From Methanobacteriota archaeon (GTDB taxonomy: Archaea > Halobacteriota > Bog-38 > Methanoflorentales > Methanoflorentaceae): a stretch of 64,000 bases of DNA. Within the stretch, counting starts at the first letter, position 1. Each line of letters starts with the position of its first letter. The stretch spans positions 96,001 to 160,000 of the forward strand of contig CAVRAO010000008.1 in the NCBI GenBank assembly GCA_963719035.1, given 5' to 3'. The notes below the pieces were generated by a model. It had not been told where the DNA came from and made no database searches. It saw only the letters and a program-made list of their open reading frames with translations. The position numbers were made by a program, and so were the translations under genes. Shown piece by piece: positions 57,302 through 64,000 of the stretch.

Positions 57302-57401
57302 GCGCGGCTCTGCTCCTTATTTCTCAACTGCTGTGACCACATTTAAGTCCGCGTCGAAGCGTTGCAGCTTGACCCGATGCACACCTGAAAACTCGTCAAC
57401 T

Positions 57402-58478
57402 TTAGTCGCTGGCAACCTCTGAGGGGAGGGCGCGCAGTTGCTTAGCCTTGACAAACGCGATCAGGTCATCCACCGTGGGATGTACAGCACGCTTACTCGA
57501 AACGTAATAACCGGCTACCGCGTTCGCTAAGCAAAGACGAAACGCTGGCGTCAAGCCCAGAAGCTCACCAAAGATGTTGCCAGCGTTCCACGCATCGCCC
57601 GCGCCCGTAGATCGATGCAGTTCCACGTCAAATGCGGGGAAAAACGTCACGTTCTCGTCTATCGAGGCCACAAACGACGGGGTGTGGTAGTCAATCCGCG
57701 CGGCAACTCGCCGCTTAAACGCGATTGCACGTTCAACGGTAGCCTCACCTGCGTGCTGCCCCAGCTCGTTTTGATTCATGCTCAGCATATCGAGGTTTTT
57801 GTTCACGATGACGCGTTCAAAGAGCTCTGGAAGTTCGTAAATGCGAGGGCTCGGATCCGCTGAGTCAAAATACGTCTTGACGTTGTACTGCTTAGCGTAC
57901 TCGAACGTTTTCACTGCAAGATCAGTGCCACCAACGACGTTGGTGCCCCAGTCATAAACGGCCACGAGCTGGCTGCTCTCGATCAATTCGAGGTCGGCGT
58001 CGCGCAAGCTATCAAAAGTAAAGTCGTAGTTTGAGCCAACATCGTTGAGCATGACGTTGATTTTTCGCTCACCGATCTCAATCGCAAGGGTCTGCCCCAA
58101 CCTCCCGTCGGTCTTTGCGTGGGAGACGTCCATGCCGCTGTTCTGGGCGAAGAACTGCAAAACGTGATGTCCAAATTCGCTCGTCCTGCCGATGAAATGA
58201 GCGCTCAGCCCCAGTCGTGACAACGCGATTGCTGTGTTTACGGCGCCCCCGCCTGAGAGCACGTTTTGGACAAAGCCGGGTATATTTCCCCCACCCGCTT
58301 CGTACTTCGTTCGAAGCTGACCGTAAAAGGTGTTTAAATCGTCGACCTGAACGAAGTGATCTAAATAGAAGCTCGGCGTGCAAACGACGTGTTGCTTTTT
58401 CGTCTCTCTCACGTCGAGTCCCGTAAGGATCTGTATCAATTCGCGCTTGACGTCCTCGTGAACCGTTTTCAAGGCCAA
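57402..58478 (-). CDS. PfkB-family carbohydrate kinase
   Basis: GG.AVNTA.ALSRLG; STGAGDAWNAG. Confidence 0.85.
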   Translation of the reverse strand: MALKTVHEDVKRELIQILTGLDVRETKKQHVVCTPSFYLDHFVQVDDLNTFYGQLRTKYEAGGGNIPGFVQNVLSGGGAVNTAIALSRLGLSAHFIGRTSEFGHHVLQFFAQNSGMDVSHAKTDGRLGQTLAIEIGERKINVMLNDVGSNYDFTFDSLRDADLELIESSQLVAVYDWGTNVVGGTDLAVKTFEYAKQYNVKTYFDSADPSPRIYELPELFERVIVNKNLDMLSMNQNELGQHAGEATVERAIAFKRRVAARIDYHTPSFVASIDENVTFFPAFDVELHRSTGAGDAWNAGNIFGELLGLTPAFRLCLANAVAGYYVSSKRAVHPTVDDLIAFVKAKQLRALPSEVASD

Positions 58479-58570
58479 CCTCCGCTGTAAATTCTAAAAG
58501 GGAATGTTATTTATACGTTTCTTACCGTACGCATACACGCATCTGCGGCGAAACGCCTTACGGAGATAGT

Positions 58571-59275
58571 ATGCCTATACGGAGTTCTTACGAACTGACG
58601 AGGCTTTTTTTGTCACTCTCAGACGTTAGCCGGCTCGACATCCTTAACCAGTTGTATGAACAAACGTCAGTCGTCGACATTTGCAGACGATTTGGTCTGC
58701 TCGTACACGAAGTGGTGCGACATCTCCGCCGGCTGGAAGACGTAGGACTCGTCCGTCAGCTCCCAAATGGCGACTACGTCATATCGGAATATGGAAAAGT
58801 GGTCATAACCTACGTCGAGGGCATAAGCGACGTCCAAGATTTGTTGGAATACTGGGAGCGCCACTCAGCAGCTGAACTTCCGGAGCACCTCAAACGTTTG
58901 CCGGCCGACCTTAGTGAGTTTTTTATCTCCGACGGTGACCTAGTCCTCCCAGAAGCAACGGATATAGTGCGCGAAGCGAAAAGCTTCCTATGGGTTTTGA
59001 ATTACGTCGTTGACGAGACAACGGTCAAGGCCTCCGCGATTGAAGTGCTCTGCAAACGCACGGCGACAACAGAGCGCCCCCCCGTTCGATGCATCGATGG
59101 CGTCAACACCGTGCTTCTGCTCAACGAATTTTGCGCGCTCATCTGCTTCCCACGGGTGACCACCAGAGAAGTATACGACATAGATATGTCGTGTGGATTT
59201 TTCGTCACTGCGACCCATATAACCTATAGACGCCTCGCCGAACTTTTTGATTTTTTCTGGGAAAGCAGCGACTAG
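58571..59275 (+). CDS. ArsR-like winged-helix regulator with C-terminal domain
   Basis: LS..SRL.IL..L...V.RHL.RL...GLV; YW..H; F..FW. Confidence 0.75.
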   Translation: MPIRSSYELTRLFLSLSDVSRLDILNQLYEQTSVVDICRRFGLLVHEVVRHLRRLEDVGLVRQLPNGDYVISEYGKVVITYVEGISDVQDLLEYWERHSAAELPEHLKRLPADLSEFFISDGDLVLPEATDIVREAKSFLWVLNYVVDETTVKASAIEVLCKRTATTERPPVRCIDGVNTVLLLNEFCALICFPRVTTREVYDIDMSCGFFVTATHITYRRLAELFDFFWESSD

Positions 59276-59328
59276 ATTGATTGAGGTAGTGATTTAAACA
59301 CGTAAATAGATTACAAAGCAGAGGAAAC

Positions 59329-59469
59329 ATGGCAAAAGATCCCGTTTGCAGTATGGACGTAGACGAAAAGATGGCAAAGTTCGTCAGTGAATATAAGGGT
59401 AAAAAATACTTTTTTTGCGCACCTGGCTGCAAGGCGATGTTTGACCGAGATCCGGAACATTTCATCTAA
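59329..59469 (+). CDS. YHS-domain protein (46 aa; not in the ORF track)
   Basis: MAKDPVCSMDV...Y.GK.YFFCA.GC...F...PE.F. Confidence 0.88.
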   Translation: MAKDPVCSMDVDEKMAKFVSEYKGKKYFFCAPGCKAMFDRDPEHFI

Positions 59470-59534
59470 GCTCAGGATAACGATCGCTCACTGCCAGAAG
59501 CGCAATTTCTTTTTTCCGGCGCAGACCAGTCGTC

Positions 59535-60299
59535 CTAGCGCACGTTTCGAAACAGAAGAGACCCGACAATAGTCATCAACACGAAAAAGCCGAATACGAC
59601 TGCCAGATCGAGCATCAGAGAATATGTATGCAAGCCGGTAACCGCGTAGCGCAGCGCATCGACGCTATATGCGAGCGGGTTGATGTCTACGAGGACCTTC
59701 ATCCAGTCGGGTAGCGACGTGACGGGGAAGAATGCCCCGCTTAGGAAAAATATTGGAAGCACCAAGAGGTTAGCGACTACTTGAAAGCCCTCGATATTCT
59801 CAAGCCGTGAGGCGATGCTGATACCGAGCCCGACAAAACCCATGCCGGTGAAGAACATCGTCACGAGAATGAGCGCCAGGGCCCCGGCGAGTCCGAGCGG
59901 GCCCGATATCTTTACGCCGATCAGCGTGGAAAGGGCAAGTATCAGCAGGGCCTGTATCGACGCTTGCGTTGTGCCGCCGAGGGCTTTTCCCAGGACGATT
60001 GACGTCCGCGACACAGGAGCAACGAGAATCTCTTTCAGGAAGCCAAATTCCTTGTCGAACATAACGCTCATCCCGGCAAAAATCGAGGTAAAGAGTACCG
60101 TCATGCCGAGGATCCCGGGCGCAAGAAAGTTGATGTAGTTCGTGCTACCGCCAGGCCCACCGAACGATAGCGATGAGCTAAATCCCGACCCGAATATAAT
60201 GAGCCACAGAAGCGGAGTAATAAGAGAGGTAACGACCCGCGACCGAGCGCGGATATACCGGATCATTTCCCTGAGCCAAATCGAATAGATATCACCCAT
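59535..60299 (-). CDS. ABC-2 (DrrB-like) exporter permease
   Basis: F.APG, DKEFGFLKEILVAPVSR, FFLSGAFFP, NPL.Y.VD. Confidence 0.88.
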   Translation of the reverse strand: MGDIYSIWLREMIRYIRARSRVVTSLITPLLWLIIFGSGFSSSLSFGGPGGSTNYINFLAPGILGMTVLFTSIFAGMSVMFDKEFGFLKEILVAPVSRTSIVLGKALGGTTQASIQALLILALSTLIGVKISGPLGLAGALALILVTMFFTGMGFVGLGISIASRLENIEGFQVVANLLVLPIFFLSGAFFPVTSLPDWMKVLVDINPLAYSVDALRYAVTGLHTYSLMLDLAVVFGFFVLMTIVGSLLFRNVR

Positions 60300-60325
60300 A
60301 AACTCTATTCGCCCGTTTGGCATCT

Positions 60326-61306
60326 CTATCGTCTCCCTGGACCGTACCCGGCGAAACCGCCGGCAGCTTCTTGAGCCCGAATCTCGCGTCCTGTGTACTT
60401 GATAAATATGTCCTCCAACGTCGGCTCATGGAGTGAAATCGAGGGCACGGCGATCCCTTCTTGACGCGCCACATCCAAAAAGACCGGTATCGCGGTCTCG
60501 CCCTTATCAACGCTCAGCCGCAGCGTGCCGTCGACCAGTTGCGTTGACTTGACGACATCGAGCTGTTCGAGCTTGGCCTTAAGCTGCTCACCCCCATTTG
60601 GCACTTTCATAATCACGATGTCGCCTCCGACGTCGTGCTTAAGGTTATCCGGCGTGTCCATCGCTACAATCTTTCCGTGATCCACTATGGCAACGCGATC
60701 GCACAGCTGATCGGCTTCGTCCATATAGTGCGTCGTCAAGATCATGGTGATCTGCTTTTCCTTGTTGAGCCGCCCGATGTACTCCCAGATGTGCCGGCGG
60801 GTTTGAGGATCAAGACCTAGCGTAGGTTCGTCGAGAAAGAGGACTTTCGGGTGGTGAAGCAAACCGCGCGCGATTTCCAAACGCCGTTTCATCCCTCCAG
60901 AGTACTTCTTCACGATGACGTCGGCCTTGTCGCTCAGTTCGACAAGTTCGAGCACGTCATTTATTCTCCCTGCTATTTCACCGCGCGGCACTTTATAGAG
61001 CCGGCCGTGGAAATCGAGATTTTCCCTGCCCGTCAGGTTATCATCGAGACTCGGATCCTGGAACACGATCCCTATTAGTCCCCGCACGATATCGGGTTCT
61101 TTTCTCACGTCGTGTCCGTAGATACTTGCCGAACCGCTCGTAGGCCTCACTATAGTACACAACATCGAGATCGTAGTTGTCTTGCCCGCACCGTTTGGGC
61201 CAAGTAATCCGAACAGTTCGCCTTCGTCAATTTCAAGAGTGATGCCCTTAACGGCTTCAACGTTCTCGAATCGTTTGAACAGGTCCTTAGTTTCGATAGC
61301 TTTCAT
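60326..61306 (-). CDS. DrrA-like ABC exporter ATPase
   Basis: GPNGAGKTT, YSGGMKRRLEIARG, LDEPTLGLD, TTHYM.EA, PTLED.F. Confidence 0.9.
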   Translation of the reverse strand: MKAIETKDLFKRFENVEAVKGITLEIDEGELFGLLGPNGAGKTTTISMLCTIVRPTSGSASIYGHDVRKEPDIVRGLIGIVFQDPSLDDNLTGRENLDFHGRLYKVPRGEIAGRINDVLELVELSDKADVIVKKYSGGMKRRLEIARGLLHHPKVLFLDEPTLGLDPQTRRHIWEYIGRLNKEKQITMILTTHYMDEADQLCDRVAIVDHGKIVAMDTPDNLKHDVGGDIVIMKVPNGGEQLKAKLEQLDVVKSTQLVDGTLRLSVDKGETAIPVFLDVARQEGIAVPSISLHEPTLEDIFIKYTGREIRAQEAAGGFAGYGPGRR

Positions 61307-61551
61307 GAGTACTCACAGTGCATCAAGGCGCATTTGAAAATCAAAATGTAGCTAACACTGCACGCTATATTTATCAGTTTTAGCATATATATAACGTGTT
61401 GATATATTGATCGCCAATACAATGCGTTTTTTCCCCCTCGTTGCGCCCCTTAAGGGCCTTATCGCCTACAGAAACGCTATTAGACCGCACGGTTACTCAT
61501 AACGTTAAAGTACTAAAATGGCAAAGGGTATGTGCCAATGATTAGAAACGG

Positions 61552-62859
61552 ATGATCACAATGGAGTATTGGAATCCCAACATCGAACGTTTGCCAGAAG
61601 AAGAGCTCAGACAGCTGCAGGAACGCAAGCTTCGACGGCTGGTCGAAAACGCGTTCGAATATTCCAGTTTTTACAAGGAACGCTTTGGATCGGCCGGTAT
61701 TTCACCAAATGATATTCGGTCACTTGAAGATCTCCCAAAGCTGCCGTTTACCCACAAAACGGATCTGCGCGACACCTACCCGACTGGCATGTTCTCGGTT
61801 CCGCAGAGCCAGATCGTGCGATTTCACGTTTCAAGCGGCACGACGGGCGTACCGACCGTCGTCGGTTACACCGCTAACGACATCGACGTGTGGTCAACGT
61901 GCTTAGCACGTTCACTAACGGCGTGTGGGTTGGGACGGGGTGACGTTGTCCAAGTTGCATATGGCTACGGTCTGTTTACAGGCGGGCTCGGCCTCCACTA
62001 CGGGGTGGAAAAGATCGGCGCAACCGTTCTACCTATAGGCGCTGGCACGACGACGAGACAGATAAGCCTCATGAAAGACCTCGGAACGACAGCCATCGCC
62101 TGCACGCCATCGTACCTCCTCCACATCGCCGAAGTCGCTGAGTCAATGAACGTCGATATAGCCTCGCAAACTAAACTACGAGCGGGCATCTTAGGAGCTG
62201 AGCCCTGGTCGCTCGAATCGCGAAAACGCATTGAGCAGAGCCTTGGGATAAAAGCGTATGACATCTACGGCACGTCTGAAATGAGCGGTCCGCTCTTTAC
62301 CGAGTGTTCCGCGCAGAATGGCATTCACGTGTGGGCAGATCACTTCTTGCTTGAAATTGTCGACGATCGCGGCAGTCCAGTAAAGCAGGGAGAGAAGGGA
62401 GAACTCGTCGTCACGACGCTCTCAAAAGAGGCGCTCCCACTCATACGTTACAGGATGGGAGACGTCACGTCGCTCGTGTGGGAGGAGTGCGAGTGCGGAC
62501 GGACGCATCCGAAAATTATGCGCATTCAAGGGCGTGTCGACGATATGATCGTTATCAGAGGCATCAACGTGTTTCCAAGCCAGATCGAATCGGTGCTCAT
62601 GCAGATTCCTGAAGTCGGCGACCACTTCCAGATCGTGGTCGATCGCGAAGGCCCTATGGATATCATGACGGTGAAGGTTGAAGTCACGGAAAGTGCACTG
62701 AGCGACAGAATCAGCGCGCTCATGCAGCTCGAGGAACGGATAGCAAAGCAGCTCCGAGAAGTGCTGATGGTGAACGCAAAAGTAGAGCTCGTGGAACGTG
62801 GAACGCTACCGCGATCGTCCGGCAAGTCGCAAAAGGTCATCGATCTCCGCGAGGTTTAG
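61552..62859 (+). CDS. paaK: Phenylacetate-CoA ligase family
   Basis: SSGTTG.P, YGYGLFTGGLG.HYG, GAEPW, YG.SE..GP, GR.DDM...RG.NVFPSQIE. Confidence 0.88.
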   Translation: MITMEYWNPNIERLPEEELRQLQERKLRRLVENAFEYSSFYKERFGSAGISPNDIRSLEDLPKLPFTHKTDLRDTYPTGMFSVPQSQIVRFHVSSGTTGVPTVVGYTANDIDVWSTCLARSLTACGLGRGDVVQVAYGYGLFTGGLGLHYGVEKIGATVLPIGAGTTTRQISLMKDLGTTAIACTPSYLLHIAEVAESMNVDIASQTKLRAGILGAEPWSLESRKRIEQSLGIKAYDIYGTSEMSGPLFTECSAQNGIHVWADHFLLEIVDDRGSPVKQGEKGELVVTTLSKEALPLIRYRMGDVTSLVWEECECGRTHPKIMRIQGRVDDMIVIRGINVFPSQIESVLMQIPEVGDHFQIVVDREGPMDIMTVKVEVTESALSDRISALMQLEERIAKQLREVLMVNAKVELVERGTLPRSSGKSQKVIDLREV

Positions 62860-62871
62860 CATTCAAAGTTA

Positions 62872-63312
62872 GTGATGCGAATGATCCAAAACAAAGTATT
62901 GAAGCAAATCACGTTGTTCGCAGAGAACAAACCCGGTCGACTAACAAGCGCGACGAAAATCCTTTCTGAAAACGGAATCAACATCCGTGCTTTTACGATC
63001 GCTGACACCGGTGAGTTTGGCATAATTCGGTTCGTGGTCGATGACGCAGACGCGGCCTTGCGCTACTTACAAAGCGCAGGGTTCACCGTATCTGAAACCA
63101 AGGTACTCGGTCTCGAAATGCCGGACAAGCCCGGGGCCTTGTTTGAGATCAGCAGTGCTCTTTCCGACAACGGGATAAACGTCGACTACGCTTACGCTTA
63201 TGCGAGTGCAACGCCTGGTAAAGCAATCCTGATTTTCCAAGCGAGCGACCTTACGACAGCAGCCAAATTGCTCACCGAACGTGGCTTCCAGCTTGTCGAG
63301 TCCTCGCCGTAA
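62872..63312 (+). CDS. ACT-domain protein (double ACT, paaK-associated)
   Basis: KQI..F.ENKPGRL, GINIRA..IADT.EFGI.R, D.PG.L, IN..Y.Y. Confidence 0.88.
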   Translation: MMRMIQNKVLKQITLFAENKPGRLTSATKILSENGINIRAFTIADTGEFGIIRFVVDDADAALRYLQSAGFTVSETKVLGLEMPDKPGALFEISSALSDNGINVDYAYAYASATPGKAILIFQASDLTTAAKLLTERGFQLVESSP

Positions 63313-63555
63313 AGCGATTCGAATGATGGTGTCTGCAAGCTTGTAACGACGAACGAGGGCGCTATCGTCATAGATGCAATCGCTGCTTGGTAAGGCGATC
63401 ACCCCGAACACAATGGAATCAGAGAGGGTCACGCGGACGACCGCTTTACCCAAAAGCGTGCGATCACACCGCAAGTCGGCAAATATTGAAATCAAACGCG
63501 CACGACATTACTATATGAGAAAGTGTGATAAACGCCAAGGCCTAACTAAGCATCA

Positions 63556-64000
63556 ATGCAGCTCGAGACTGTGAAGGCAAAAGGTCTTGCCCATAACAGC
63601 TACTTCCTTTCTGACCGTGGCGAGGCGATCGTTATTGATCCTCGCCGAGATTGTGCTAGATATGCGAAGCTTGGGGTCCGAGAGTGCGCCCAAATCAAAT
63701 TTATCTTTGAGTCGCACTGCAATGAAGACTTAGTTGTTGGCTCGCTCGACTTGCAGCGGCAGACGGGTGCAGAAATCGGACATAGCAAAGAAACGCGTTT
63801 TCGATATGGAGACCACAATCTCGCTGACGGCGAGACTTTCTATGTTGGCGATCTCAAAGTTGAGGTCCTAAGCACGCCCGGACATACCAACGATAGCCTA
63901 TGCTTCGTTGTCTATGAACGTCTGCACAGCGATACGCCGTTATTCGTATTTACGGGCGACACGCTGCTTGCGGGCGACGTCGGGCGGACTGATCTCCTCG
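63556..64000 (+). CDS. MBL-fold metallo-hydrolase (persulfide dioxygenase/glyoxalase II-like), 3' end outside window
   Basis: GLAHNSY, IDPRRD, ESHCNED..VGS, TPGHT, FTGDTL.AGDVGRTDL. Confidence 0.8.
   Translation, partial: MQLETVKAKGLAHNSYFLSDRGEAIVIDPRRDCARYAKLGVRECAQIKFIFESHCNEDLVVGSLDLQRQTGAEIGHSKETRFRYGDHNLADGETFYVGDLKVEVLSTPGHTNDSLCFVVYERLHSDTPLFVFTGDTLLAGDVGRTDLL

Overview
Chromosomal segment of a hydrogenotrophic/formate-using methanogenic archaeon (Halobacteriota; the 16S reads as Methanocellales/Methanomicrobia-like, inference only). Left to right: (1) housekeeping genes (RFC C-terminus, thioredoxin, cobD, apgM). (2) A ~33 kb molybdenum/tungsten cluster: Mop, TupABC, MOT1, ModABC, short ModE, three MoeA-family genes, a Mo-storage-protein homologue, two FdhAB loci with near-identical fdhB, and FmdE + FwdB/D/C. 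It is studded with ModE-type CGWTAT-N12-ATAWCG operators and duplication scars. (3) purP-oxidoreductase-purP. (4) A minus-strand rRNA operon (16S, tRNA-Ala, 23S, tRNA-Cys, 5S). (5) A ~9 kb accessory region holding a NUDIX gene next to an 843-aa RelA/SpoT-synthetase-TPR-SLOG-RyR protein, the best candidate for an undescribed nucleotide-signalling or defence system. (6) Four tRNAs, three with introns, followed by ordinary genes. Many genes carry single-base frameshifts, and at least nine of these sit at GTAC sites. This suggests methylation-induced long-read errors rather than real pseudogenes. All calls come from motif recognition by eye; no database search was run.
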